DNA of 53,504 nucleotides. It comes from a virus. Numbering within the stretch: position 1 is the first letter of the stretch; each line of letters opens with the position of its first letter. The DNA is taken from the IMG/VR virus record IMGVR_UViG_3300032883_000088, one strand, 5' to 3'. Both the position numbers and the translations under genes were made by a program. This document shows, in pieces, positions 40,872 through 50,968 of the stretch. The notes under the pieces are model-generated. The model was not told the origin of the DNA. It searched no databases and was given only the letters and a program-made list of their open reading frames with translations.

Positions 40872-42005
40872 CTACTCTCCTCCCACGACTTCGCCGGCCG
40901 TAGCCTGGCGCAAGAACGAATCGAACTGCTTCATCACCTGATCCACCGGCGGTTGTTGTGCCTGCGCCGGCCGCGCGGACCCAAGTTGCATCCGTTGCAC
41001 CGCGCGTTGCTCCTGGTCGGGTCCCCCGGACAGGTAGGACATGATTTTCCGGGTTAGGTCGCCCTCTTGCGTAGCAGCATTGAATCGCGCGGCCTTGAGT
41101 TGGTCCTGGCGCTCCTGGATCATCTGGAGGAACTGACCGGACGAGATTGGCTCCCCCTTCGCGCCGTGCGCGGGGATGTAGTTGCCCCCCAGAACGTCCG
41201 GGATGATCCCCGTCTTGGCCATGTCCGCCGCGCTCTTCCGCTCGGCCATTGGGTCGGTAATCGCGTGCCCGATGGTGTACAGGTCTATTGCGCCGAAGAT
41301 TGCCGGGATAGCGCCCCTACCGAGGACTCCCATGATCCTCCCCCGCAACCCTCCCTTGGCTACCGCGGCAATGGCCCCCCCGGCGGCGGGGGCAAGGGAC
41401 TCCGCAGCGGGGGCAGCAACCTCCGCGGCCGACGCGGCGGCGGGAACAGCTGCGCGCGGTTCTAGGCCCGCGCCGAATGCTTCGTCCTTCAAGCGTCCGA
41501 GCAACCCTTTCATTTCGGGGGATTTTTGGGCGACCTTCATAGAGGTAAATGCGAAGCCCGGCCCCATTGCCGCGACAAGTGCGGTCGGACCCAACTTGCG
41601 TAGGTAGCCCACCTTGTCGGCCGGTACTCCCTCTTGTTCCATGTTATCTAGGGCGGCGTCGAATACGGCCCCGGTTTCCTTCTGGGGGGCCTTGCCGGTA
41701 AGGACGACGTACGCGGAATTGAGTTCATTGGCGAACCCCTGTTGTGCCTCCGGCCCGCCGAGCATCTGCTTCAACTCATCAGGTAACTTGGACGGATCGC
41801 CGGACTTACCTACGGAAAGGATGAGTTTTTCCGACAGGAACTTCTTAGACGCGCTAGGGGTATCCGCGGTCTCATGCAGATAGTCCCGCAACCGCGCGCG
41901 AATCGCTTGGAACCGTTTTTTCCCAGCAGGTACGGCGAGGACATTGGCCCACTCCAGAGCCCTATCCATATCATCTGCTTGTGGAGGTTGTATCGACTCA
42001 GCCAT
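40872..42005 (-). CDS. Virion-module protein (377 aa), Ala/Gly-rich
   Basis: ORF track; tightly packed in the late operon. Confidence 0.5.
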   Translation of the reverse strand: MAESIQPPQADDMDRALEWANVLAVPAGKKRFQAIRARLRDYLHETADTPSASKKFLSEKLILSVGKSGDPSKLPDELKQMLGGPEAQQGFANELNSAYVVLTGKAPQKETGAVFDAALDNMEQEGVPADKVGYLRKLGPTALVAAMGPGFAFTSMKVAQKSPEMKGLLGRLKDEAFGAGLEPRAAVPAAASAAEVAAPAAESLAPAAGGAIAAVAKGGLRGRIMGVLGRGAIPAIFGAIDLYTIGHAITDPMAERKSAADMAKTGIIPDVLGGNYIPAHGAKGEPISSGQFLQMIQERQDQLKAARFNAATQEGDLTRKIMSYLSGGPDQEQRAVQRMQLGSARPAQAQQPPVDQVMKQFDSFLRQATAGEVVGGE

Positions 42006-42010
42006 GTTTG

Positions 42011-42535
42011 TTATTCGCCAAAACCTCTTAGGGGGTTCATCTGTGCCGGCCCCACCTGCGTCGGCCTCATGATTTGTGTTTCCGGCTTGGGCAACAGCGA
42101 CGCTAGCGGCCGCGGGGGAACCTCGCCTCGCTTATCTATCGGAATGTACATACCGGATCGAGCGGGGTCAAATCGAGCCACGAGTTCTTGTGGGTCCATA
42201 CCCAGATTTGCGGCCATGAGGCGTACCATTGGCAAGTCACGCGCGGAAACCCCCCCGCCTACAATCCCCCTCTCCGCCGGGCTGATCCAACCCTCGTCAA
42301 GGCCCTGTTTAGTTTTAACGATGTCCTCCCACCCGGCGCGGTTGGCCTGTTGGAACCGCTCGTGCGTCTGTTCCGCGTAGAACAATTTATTCGATGCCCG
42401 GTCCACCGCCTCCTTTTGTGCGGCGCGTAGGGTTTTGGCCATATCTTGATCGGGATGATTCCTCATCTCATTGTAGACCATTGCTATGGCGGCAAGAGTC
42501 GCAGTAACCCCGTAGTAAATCCCAAACGGCCCCAT
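42011..42535 (-). CDS. Virion-module protein with an N-terminal TM helix (174 aa)
   Basis: ATG 42535 lies 1 nt after the upstream stop; GIYYGVTATLAAIAMVY. Confidence 0.5.
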   Translation of the reverse strand: MGPFGIYYGVTATLAAIAMVYNEMRNHPDQDMAKTLRAAQKEAVDRASNKLFYAEQTHERFQQANRAGWEDIVKTKQGLDEGWISPAERGIVGGGVSARDLPMVRLMAANLGMDPQELVARFDPARSGMYIPIDKRGEVPPRPLASLLPKPETQIMRPTQVGPAQMNPLRGFGE

Positions 42536-42536
42536 G

Positions 42537-44825
42537 CTATTCCCCCGGACCCGCTTGCGGTTGTGGCGCAAGTTGGTCAGGACCAACCGTGATGTCCTGG
42601 CTGGTCTGATCGTTCACGTTCGACGGCATCCCAAGTGTCTCCATTCCCTTTTGTCCAACTCCCCATTGCATCGCCCGGTTCGCCAAACCCATAGCAGCCT
42701 TCCCCGCCCGGAGGGGGTTTTCTATGAGTCGTTTTCCCGCCTCTTTCGCAATTCCCGGAATCTCTCCCGCGACTCCATATCCGCCGCCGGTCTCCTGGGG
42801 GGATGGTTGCGCCATTGCGGCCTTGGCTCGCGCGCGATCCGCGTGGAGGCGTTCTACGACGCCCATATACAGGTTGGGCTTTGGTTGCCCATTGGGGTCT
42901 TTCTGTTCCATCGCCTTGGCCTCATAGTAGGCCACGACCTTGTTGTACTCCGGGTCCGAAAGAACCTTGGCATCCTCCGGGTCAAACCCCCCACGCAAGA
43001 CTTCATTCAACCCCTTACGCGAACCGGGTCTCCGGAACAACTCAACCACTCCGCGCATGATGTTGGGGTCGGTGATAGACACGCCCGGCCGACCACCCCC
43101 CTTAAACGACTCCTCCAACACCGCCGGCAATGTCCCTGTTTTCTGCATCTCGTGGACTTCGTCGGGAGTCATGTGCAAGGCGTACGTGGTAGCTAAGGCG
43201 TCCTGCATCAACTCCGCGTGGTGATTGTCATTGCGCCAGGTAGTCATTACGGTGTTATTATCAACAGGTATGCCCACCTGTTCGTAATTCACTTCGCTCC
43301 ACTTGGAGATTACCTGTGACACTGCCCGCCGGGCAATATCGGGGGGAATGGTCATACTACGCCTTTTGGTCTCGGCCACCGCACTGGCCACGTCGTCGGT
43401 CATTCCCACCTGGTGTACTTGGGCTTCCGTTAGGCCGTTAAGCCATTGCTCTACGTTGCCCCGGACCACCGAGTCCCCCTGCGCCTGTTCCAAATGCCGA
43501 GCAATTACGTCTTTCGCAGCTTGAATTTGTTGCGCGGCATAGAAGTCCTGGATTGCCTCGTCCTTGGTCTCGTCCTTCTTCTGCCCCGGCACCCACTTCT
43601 CCGGGTCTCCATCCGGCAACCCCAATCGCATAGCCTTATCCGCGAGGTCTGGATTGGCGCGGAGCACGGATTTGTACACGTTTCCCAGAACGGACATCGG
43701 GTCTGCCCCCGCGGGGGCCTGTGCCCCCAACTGCCCCGGATGCAAAGTGGCCGGTGTCAGGACCCCGTTAATCGCATCAGGAACCGTACCCTCAAATTGT
43801 TCCGTTAATTTTGTTTGGGCCTCTTCCAGTGGCTTTGCCCACTCCTGCCGCGCCATTTGCGCCTTGCCCAGGCCCATGATGTACTCCATTCGGGCTTCGC
43901 GGGACTGCGTCATGGCCAGGAACGTGTCCTCCTGCCGTGCTTGCAGGAGTACGGAAAAACTCACCGGATTTACAAGAAGCAACTTGGGGTCATCCGTTTT
44001 CATGGCCCACACGCCGCCCTTGGGATAACCGTTGCGGTTCTTCCACTCATTCGCTTCCTTCTGCGACAGGATCGGCAGTTTGAGTTTGAGTGATTCCACC
44101 ATTGACGCGGGCACGGGAATCATCGGCGGGGGCGGTTCTACCCCAATGTAACTCTGGTACTCCGGTTTGCCCTCGCTAAGGTCTTGCAGTGTCTTCGCAA
44201 TGCCCGCGTGCAAGCGGTCATCATAGGGGCTATCTAGGTAGTCCGATGACACCATGCGAGCCATTTGGTTCAGGTCATACAATTCCTTCCGACGCTCCGG
44301 GCCATCGGGGAACACATCCCACGCATTCTGGGCGTCCCAAAGCAAAAGTTGCTTATACGCAGGCTCTCGCGCATTGTTGATAGTAGCGACATTGCGCTCC
44401 CGTGTTTCCAGGACCCGTTGCGCTGCTGCCGCTTGCTCTTTCATCAACAACGCCACGGTTCGGGCGTCCTTCTCCACGTTCCGTTGTAGCGCATCCTGGT
44501 AGTCGGCCAGCTTCAATTGGTAGGCCCGCGCGTTCTCCGTCGCCGCGTCCTGCCGTGCCTCCTGGTGTTGCTGCTCCGCCTGCCGTTGGGCTTGGTTGTA
44601 CGTTTGTTCGGCCACGTTGGCGATGTTCGCCATGTGCTGCTGTGACTCTTGGGCCAATTGTTCGTGGGACTGCTGGATGCCCTTGGTCATCTTGTTCATG
44701 GCTTGCCCAAAGGTCGCCATGAACTGCTGCATTGCGGCGGCGATCCCGCCGGCCGCGTTCCCCCCGCTGCCCCCGCGACCCATCGCGGCCTGCGCCAACG
44801 CATTTGTTCTACGTTGTTGCGCCAT
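42537..44825 (-). CDS. Large virion protein (762 aa), Gln/Ala-rich coiled-coil N-terminus
   Basis: ORF track; start overlaps the upstream stop by 1 nt. Confidence 0.5.
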   Translation of the reverse strand: MAQQRRTNALAQAAMGRGGSGGNAAGGIAAAMQQFMATFGQAMNKMTKGIQQSHEQLAQESQQHMANIANVAEQTYNQAQRQAEQQHQEARQDAATENARAYQLKLADYQDALQRNVEKDARTVALLMKEQAAAAQRVLETRERNVATINNAREPAYKQLLLWDAQNAWDVFPDGPERRKELYDLNQMARMVSSDYLDSPYDDRLHAGIAKTLQDLSEGKPEYQSYIGVEPPPPMIPVPASMVESLKLKLPILSQKEANEWKNRNGYPKGGVWAMKTDDPKLLLVNPVSFSVLLQARQEDTFLAMTQSREARMEYIMGLGKAQMARQEWAKPLEEAQTKLTEQFEGTVPDAINGVLTPATLHPGQLGAQAPAGADPMSVLGNVYKSVLRANPDLADKAMRLGLPDGDPEKWVPGQKKDETKDEAIQDFYAAQQIQAAKDVIARHLEQAQGDSVVRGNVEQWLNGLTEAQVHQVGMTDDVASAVAETKRRSMTIPPDIARRAVSQVISKWSEVNYEQVGIPVDNNTVMTTWRNDNHHAELMQDALATTYALHMTPDEVHEMQKTGTLPAVLEESFKGGGRPGVSITDPNIMRGVVELFRRPGSRKGLNEVLRGGFDPEDAKVLSDPEYNKVVAYYEAKAMEQKDPNGQPKPNLYMGVVERLHADRARAKAAMAQPSPQETGGGYGVAGEIPGIAKEAGKRLIENPLRAGKAAMGLANRAMQWGVGQKGMETLGMPSNVNDQTSQDITVGPDQLAPQPQAGPGE

Positions 44826-46171
44826 TACTTACCTCCTCCACCCAATGAGCCGCTGGCCCCGCCCATTCCAAGCATTCCGGGAACAAACGAAAGGGCCGCA
44901 GCCGACGGGCCGCTCATCATGGGGGCAAGCATCTGGTAGAACATCATCTGCTGCGCTTGGGAGTTCCCCGCCGCAATAGCCTCCTGCATAGTCTTGAAGC
45001 CGGCGTTTTGCAACATCATCGAAAAGTCGGTGCCCATCATGTCGCGCGTGAGTTGCAGGTTAGTTGTCTTAAAGTCCACGGGCATCCCGCCGACGTAAAA
45101 TTCCTGCCCCAAGAGTTGCATGTCGGTTTCGTTGTTCGTCTGTCGGGAGACCTCGCGTAGGTTGTTATACTGAAACCGCAACTGTTCTGCACTCTGCACC
45201 GCATTCGCGGCCATGTCATCGTAGCCCTTCATTAACCCCGCGGCCGCTTCGTGCGCACTCGAAACGGCATTGATCTCCGCCCCACCTAACTGCCCGATGA
45301 TCGCATCGCGCGACTGCATCGCGGACCCAACGGACTGCATGGTCGCCGTCATTGCGCCGGTCTGCATCGCGGTAAAGTCCTTGATGTTCGTGCCGATTGT
45401 GGAGGCAATGGCCATAGAGGACTGCGCTTGGATTTGCGCAATCATCGCCGTCTTGCGCGACGGTGGAATACTCGGATCGGCATTGATCTGCGCAATCGCG
45501 TTGCGCGTAGTTCCCTGTTGTGCCTCTATCGCGGCCTGAGCAGCAGAGTTTTTTCCATCCAGCGCCATCCCCACCGCCTCGCGGCCGAGGGATTCGATCT
45601 TGCCGATGTCAACGTCGGACGTTTTCTTGAACTCGTCGGCAATCCCCTCAATGTCCGCCTTGACCTGCCCCGGTAACTTTGCAGTTTCTACCTTCCCCGC
45701 TTCGGCGATCCCGTGAATCTCTGTCTCAGCCGTATCTGCCTTCGATATGCCACGGGTTATATCATGTTCGGTTTGCACCTCGCGGTTGAGGACTGCCTGC
45801 TCCGTTTTGTCCAATTCCCCCTGCGCCCGGACTGTCTCGGCCTCCTCCGCTTTCTTCAAATCAGGAATAGCCTCGTTCGCCAACCCCCTCACATCCGGGG
45901 TAATGATGTTCCCTTCCGAGTCGATGCTCCCCATATAGGACCCCGGCGGCCGGGCACCCCTTGTTGCCGGCGTAGAGGGACCCCGCGGGCCGGGGGGCGT
46001 ATCCTTGGACGGGTAGTCCAACCCCGGACGGACGTTCTCGGCTGGATTGCGGTAGACCGGAGCTTTTGGCCGAGGCTCGCCCGTGGGTTGCCCCGACTTG
46101 ATACCCACGCGGTTCTTGTCCGTGATGAAGTTCTGAATGCGTTGCCAGAAGTTGGGCGTTTGTGTAGGCAT
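44825..46171 (-). CDS. Virion-module protein (448 aa), Ala/Gln/Met-rich
   Basis: ORF track; promoter 46186..46214 upstream. Confidence 0.5.
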   Translation of the reverse strand: MPTQTPNFWQRIQNFITDKNRVGIKSGQPTGEPRPKAPVYRNPAENVRPGLDYPSKDTPPGPRGPSTPATRGARPPGSYMGSIDSEGNIITPDVRGLANEAIPDLKKAEEAETVRAQGELDKTEQAVLNREVQTEHDITRGISKADTAETEIHGIAEAGKVETAKLPGQVKADIEGIADEFKKTSDVDIGKIESLGREAVGMALDGKNSAAQAAIEAQQGTTRNAIAQINADPSIPPSRKTAMIAQIQAQSSMAIASTIGTNIKDFTAMQTGAMTATMQSVGSAMQSRDAIIGQLGGAEINAVSSAHEAAAGLMKGYDDMAANAVQSAEQLRFQYNNLREVSRQTNNETDMQLLGQEFYVGGMPVDFKTTNLQLTRDMMGTDFSMMLQNAGFKTMQEAIAAGNSQAQQMMFYQMLAPMMSGPSAAALSFVPGMLGMGGASGSLGGGGK

Positions 46172-46185
46172 AGCGATCCCGATGT

Positions 46186-46214
46186 ATTATAGGCCCCAAA
46201 GGGGCCTATTTCAA
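46186..46214 (-). promoter_or_regulatory. Sigma70-type promoter TTGAAA-17 bp-TATAAT; its spacer and -10 overlap a perfect 21-bp palindrome (46189..46209)
   Basis: Minus strand cTTGAAAtaggcccctttggggccTATAATaca; palindrome ataggccccaaaggggcctat. Confidence 0.55.
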
Positions 46215-46217
46215 GCC

Positions 46218-48764
46218 CTACCCCTGACGCGACTCCGCCTCTGAGGCCGACAACTGGCCCTGGACCAGGATCGCATCCACTTTGTAGTCCATATTGGACC
46301 CATAGGACGCCAGGAAGGGGAATATCTTGTTCTTGGCACGCGCCGCCTGGACGACCACCTTGTCCGGGATGACGCTTACCCGCACGGGCGACGACACAAG
46401 CTCCTGGGACCCGGAGTGCAACCCCATATAGACGTAGGCATTCACATCACTGGACGTAACCTCTCCCTGTAGGTCGCTAAGTGAGGCTGTAATGTTGGAC
46501 GCGATCTTCCGTACGAATGGATCATCTGCCCCCAGCCCGGACAGCCGGGGGAAGCGGAGGTTCACGACGACGGGGGCGACAGAGTAACGGTCTCCGATTG
46601 TGAGGGTCCCGGAGAGGCCGGAGACGGTGAGATCGGTCCCGGAGTTGCGGACGGTGATGGTTGCCGTCTCGCCACTGCGAGCGCCAGAGAGGATATAAAC
46701 CTTGAAACCGACGCAACCAACTGGGAAAGCAGCGGCAGTATTGATGATATGAGTTGCAGAACCCGTAGTAACTTGTCCATTCACAGTCTCCGATGCGGAC
46801 GCTCCGCACATGGTCGCCTTGCCCGCCTCGCGGAAGGCATCCACCGTGTGGGTTTTCCCCGCCGAGTCAACCAGGTACGCCCGCTGCGCTCCATTGTTGG
46901 TCTTTACATCCGGCCCGCTCGCAATGAAAGACCAGGGTGCATCCACAATTCGTGTGACCGCCCCGGTGGATTCCCAAAGAAGAACGAGTTCGTGGAGAGA
47001 AGTGTTGAGAAATACGATAGCTCCCGCAAACCCATCGTAGCCCACTTGAACGGAGGATAGAGTTCCAGCCCAGCGCTTGTCATCGAACACGAGCCGATTG
47101 AGTAAGCGTACATTTCGGACCTCCCCGGTCGCGCCGTCGATCTCTTTTACGCCCGTGCGCGTGACGACGTACAACACATCGCCCACGCAGCACGCGGCAA
47201 AGCGCCCAACGCACCCCAGCGGGTACGCAATGCGCGTGATGGACAGCGACGTGCCCGCGCGCAGGATGCGGTAGATGCCCATGTTGGTCACGGCGAATGC
47301 AGCCGTGGACCCGGCAAACAATCCTAGCACCCGCTCGGACGGATCGTCAAGTTCCTCGTAGTTCAAAACCGGAAAATTCTCGACCTCTCCCTGCGAGATA
47401 GCGGACCAACAGATGGCTTCCGGCAGTTGCTCGACGTGCTTCCAGTCCTGATCGGGCGTCACCGGCTCCCGCGGGTCCGTCACGCCAATCAGCATACCGT
47501 CGAACCCCACCATCCGCTTCATGCGCGGGGCCGCGCCGACTTCATTGGCGACCGCATCGTACTGTAGTTGCGTCATTAGCCCGTCATCGGTCATGCTCTG
47601 TATGTTACGCACGTTTGGCGGGGATACGGACACGGTATCGTTTGTGTAGTTAAATTGCCACAGTTGGACGCCACTGCCGCTATTGTAGAGGTCCTTTTCC
47701 TCATACTCCCGTACAAGGTAGAGATGCTGAGTGGCCTGGTACTTTCCTGAAACCAAGACGGCTCCCTGGTCATTACGCGGAGAGCGCCATAACCGAAACC
47801 CATCAACATGCCCAATCCCCCAATGAACGGGTGCGGTTAAGGCATTTGCGTTGCCCATGATCTGATTCGTACTTCCTCCTCCGCTATCCGGCAACCTACA
47901 TCTTGCTATGGCCCACCGTAGGGCGGAGAGGGGAGTACCGAGCGCCTTGACTGTAGCCCAACGGAGGTAGGAACGCAACCCATGCTTCCGACTGATAAGC
48001 TCACAGGCGTAAGTATACTCGCCGCTAAGAATAACGGGGTCCCCAATTCCAATGGTTTCGGCATCAAATGCGTAGTCTCCGGGGTTCAGGCCCGGTCCCC
48101 CAATACCATTAAGGTCCGTAGCAAGTGTACGTACGGGTAGCGCGCCCATTATGCGCCCCTGCATTCCCCCAACGTACTTGTCCCAATCGTTGATCTTGAA
48201 GTCATAGAAGTACGCCTTATTATACGGTGCGGCCTTGTCTACGAGTCTCGTCAGGAACGTACCGTTTGCGTAGGTATCCCCGGAGTTCACGAGGTAGGCA
48301 TAGCGCCCAAGGTAGGTAATGTCGTAGTCCTCGAACGTAGTCGGCCGAAAGTCATCCCAGGACCGGAAATCCTCCAACATTACGACATCGGACGCCCCGG
48401 TTTCCGAATCGCGGTAGGCGAAGTACAACGCGCTGCCGGTCCCCGCCTGGTTGTCCCCGAACATCATCAACCCACGAATGGCGTGCGGGGAAATTCCCTT
48501 ACGCAGTGAGATGTACTTGACAAGGGAGATATTAGCAATCGCCGGTATGGTGGTAACGCCGGACTGTGGAGACGGAACCCCGTGGACGGATTGCGCACCA
48601 AAGCCGGGGAACGTACGCACAGACCCCTCAAACCGCCCATCCACCCCCACGGCATCGACGAGCATCCGCGGATCGGTCGCAGTGTCGTCCATACGCAGGT
48701 CCATACCGGGGAACCGCGCTTCATAGTACCACTTAGCTTGCGGGTCATGCCTTCTTTCGGGCAC
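46218..48764 (-). CDS. Large tail protein (848 aa), candidate nozzle/tail-tubular-B-like
   Basis: Size, beta-rich sequence and position after a small (158 aa) tail gene; no motif proof. Confidence 0.45.
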   Translation of the reverse strand: MPERRHDPQAKWYYEARFPGMDLRMDDTATDPRMLVDAVGVDGRFEGSVRTFPGFGAQSVHGVPSPQSGVTTIPAIANISLVKYISLRKGISPHAIRGLMMFGDNQAGTGSALYFAYRDSETGASDVVMLEDFRSWDDFRPTTFEDYDITYLGRYAYLVNSGDTYANGTFLTRLVDKAAPYNKAYFYDFKINDWDKYVGGMQGRIMGALPVRTLATDLNGIGGPGLNPGDYAFDAETIGIGDPVILSGEYTYACELISRKHGLRSYLRWATVKALGTPLSALRWAIARCRLPDSGGGSTNQIMGNANALTAPVHWGIGHVDGFRLWRSPRNDQGAVLVSGKYQATQHLYLVREYEEKDLYNSGSGVQLWQFNYTNDTVSVSPPNVRNIQSMTDDGLMTQLQYDAVANEVGAAPRMKRMVGFDGMLIGVTDPREPVTPDQDWKHVEQLPEAICWSAISQGEVENFPVLNYEELDDPSERVLGLFAGSTAAFAVTNMGIYRILRAGTSLSITRIAYPLGCVGRFAACCVGDVLYVVTRTGVKEIDGATGEVRNVRLLNRLVFDDKRWAGTLSSVQVGYDGFAGAIVFLNTSLHELVLLWESTGAVTRIVDAPWSFIASGPDVKTNNGAQRAYLVDSAGKTHTVDAFREAGKATMCGASASETVNGQVTTGSATHIINTAAAFPVGCVGFKVYILSGARSGETATITVRNSGTDLTVSGLSGTLTIGDRYSVAPVVVNLRFPRLSGLGADDPFVRKIASNITASLSDLQGEVTSSDVNAYVYMGLHSGSQELVSSPVRVSVIPDKVVVQAARAKNKIFPFLASYGSNMDYKVDAILVQGQLSASEAESRQG

Positions 48765-48765
48765 A

Positions 48766-49242
48766 TTACACCTTGTTTACAATCCCGCGGGATCGCAGGT
48801 CCAACAGTAGTCCATTCAATACCTGCGCGCAATTCGCGGCAGTCGGCGCGGCAACGTTCAGCGCCCTGCTAACCGTAGTACCCGTAACCGTGTACCTCCC
48901 CGCCGCCGCAATACTACTTACATCCGGCCGATCCGCACCGCCAACGCGCACATCCATCGGATGATTCTCCGGCGGTCGTGTATCGGGCATTGCCGGAAGC
49001 GGCTCCGGCAAGTCCCACTCCGCGGCTTCCTGCCCCCGCGGCCGGAGCGGCGTATCCACAACCTCCCCATCATCGCCGACTGTGCGCAGGTTGGGGAACT
49101 TGTCCCCCAGCGGGGCCTGCTCGAACATCTTCGCGTTGTCCATCGGCACGAACAGGCGCGACCGCACATGACGGCCAAGCAACGCGGGGCGTTTGTTCCC
49201 CGCGAAGTCGCTTCCCTGGGATGGTGTGTTCCTGAATCGCAT
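48766..49242 (-). CDS. Virion-module protein (158 aa)
   Basis: ORF track. Confidence 0.5.
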   Translation of the reverse strand: MRFRNTPSQGSDFAGNKRPALLGRHVRSRLFVPMDNAKMFEQAPLGDKFPNLRTVGDDGEVVDTPLRPRGQEAAEWDLPEPLPAMPDTRPPENHPMDVRVGGADRPDVSSIAAAGRYTVTGTTVSRALNVAAPTAANCAQVLNGLLLDLRSRGIVNKV

Positions 49243-49267
49243 GTGCGTAGTTCTAAACCGGAAGCAC

Positions 49268-50968
49268 TTACGGGATCAACGGCCACAGGTCCTGGTTGTC
49301 GATCGTGTCCACACCCGGCCCACGCGAGCCGAACCGATTGACTTTCTTGCTTAGTGTATTCCGAAGCGCGGTCATCTTGCGCTGGATGCGTTTCTCAATC
49401 TCCCCGCGCCGAGCACTCTTAGCTTCATTACTCAATACATCCAGCGCGGCGTAGTCTACCACAATATGCTTGATGAGCCGACTGTACTGCGGCAGGACCT
49501 CGTACACCATAGTCCCGGTGGGAGTAGTCGTCCACACCGGCCTTACCGTCGCCGTCCTGGTCGTTGCATCGTAGGTATCCACTACGCGGTCTTGCCCCGC
49601 CCCCGTCGTACCGCTCAGTACGCGCACCACGTATCCCGCATACCCGTTCGGCCGGATGTCCAGTGACCCAGCCGTTGGGACCGCCGCGAACACGATCGTC
49701 GAGGCCGTCGCTGAGGCTGCCGTGCCCAGGTGAATGGAGACTTCGCTGTTCGGCATATAGAGAAGCTGGAGCGTTTGCGTTACTACCTGCGGGGTGCCGA
49801 AACGCAGAATGTTGTCCTCGATCGTGAACCCGTACCCGGCGAACGTGTACTCATTCGACGGCCAGAGTTCCCACACGGGTAGCTGCGTAGTTGTGTCAAT
49901 TTTGGCCAACCGCCAGATTTCGCCTACACTGCACGGCAGAATGTACTCCTGTGTTCCGTTCACTACGGATATGTTGTGGCGCACAAGGATCGGGTGGTCA
50001 GTGTCGATGTTGACCGCGGCGAGCACCTGATCGAACGCACTGTGGATGTATTCGATGATATCTGCATCCGTGTACTTCGGCGTGATCGACGGCTCATCCG
50101 TCGCTCGCCGAACCAGAGATACACACTCCGCCAGGAAGCCAACGCTTCCGGCGCTACTGGCAGTAACCACGGGCGCGAGCAAGGTATCGATCGCGTCCCG
50201 AATCGCGGCCAGACTGTCCGTCCCGGTAGAGAACCCCGCCCCGGTCATCAGGTCCAACCGTTCCCGGAGCACTTCCAATGTATCCGTCGCCGGGTCGTAC
50301 GTTCCCATACCGGTCGGAACCACCGCCGCCTTGCTCATCATGGCCTTAAGGTAACTTTGCAGGTTGTTCGGCACAGTCGGCGAGAATCCCGTTGTCAGGG
50401 AACTCATATCGTGGGCCGTCCGCAGCGCCCGCCCGGTCGTGTCCACTGTGCCGGGATTCGGGACCGCCTGCCCCATGTTAATGTCAATACCCGTTGCTAC
50501 GGCCAGGGCTGCTTCTAGTCGATCCGCGGCCGTCGTACTCGTACTAACTGCCGTCGCATCCACGTTTAGCCGCGCGGCATTGACGATCAGATCACCTTCC
50601 GCATTACCGAATTGGAACTCCCGCATTTGATCCGGCGGGGAGGCCCCTGCGTTGTTGACCCCGGCAAGGTAGATGGACCCAACAGTGAACCCCGTTAGGG
50701 TTGTCAGGGCGACTGTCCAAAAACCAGTATCGAACGTAGAGTTATCCCCCGGCCGGTGAAGCATAGCGGACGCGGGTGTAGTGAGAGCCGTCGCCTTGAA
50801 GGTGTCATCAGAGAAGTCGTAGGATTTGAGGGACCCTCCCGGTTGCAATTCATAAAGCCGAAGTTCGGTCGGCCCGGCCGTAACCTTAACCCCCGCGCTA
50901 TCCAGGAGGAAAGCGCGGAACAGGAGTCGGTCTGCCGTTGCTCTTACGTCAATACCCTGGAACGACAT
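49268..50968 (-). CDS. Virion-module protein (566 aa)
   Basis: ORF track; start overlaps the upstream stop. Confidence 0.5.
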   Translation of the reverse strand: MSFQGIDVRATADRLLFRAFLLDSAGVKVTAGPTELRLYELQPGGSLKSYDFSDDTFKATALTTPASAMLHRPGDNSTFDTGFWTVALTTLTGFTVGSIYLAGVNNAGASPPDQMREFQFGNAEGDLIVNAARLNVDATAVSTSTTAADRLEAALAVATGIDINMGQAVPNPGTVDTTGRALRTAHDMSSLTTGFSPTVPNNLQSYLKAMMSKAAVVPTGMGTYDPATDTLEVLRERLDLMTGAGFSTGTDSLAAIRDAIDTLLAPVVTASSAGSVGFLAECVSLVRRATDEPSITPKYTDADIIEYIHSAFDQVLAAVNIDTDHPILVRHNISVVNGTQEYILPCSVGEIWRLAKIDTTTQLPVWELWPSNEYTFAGYGFTIEDNILRFGTPQVVTQTLQLLYMPNSEVSIHLGTAASATASTIVFAAVPTAGSLDIRPNGYAGYVVRVLSGTTGAGQDRVVDTYDATTRTATVRPVWTTTPTGTMVYEVLPQYSRLIKHIVVDYAALDVLSNEAKSARRGEIEKRIQRKMTALRNTLSKKVNRFGSRGPGVDTIDNQDLWPLIP

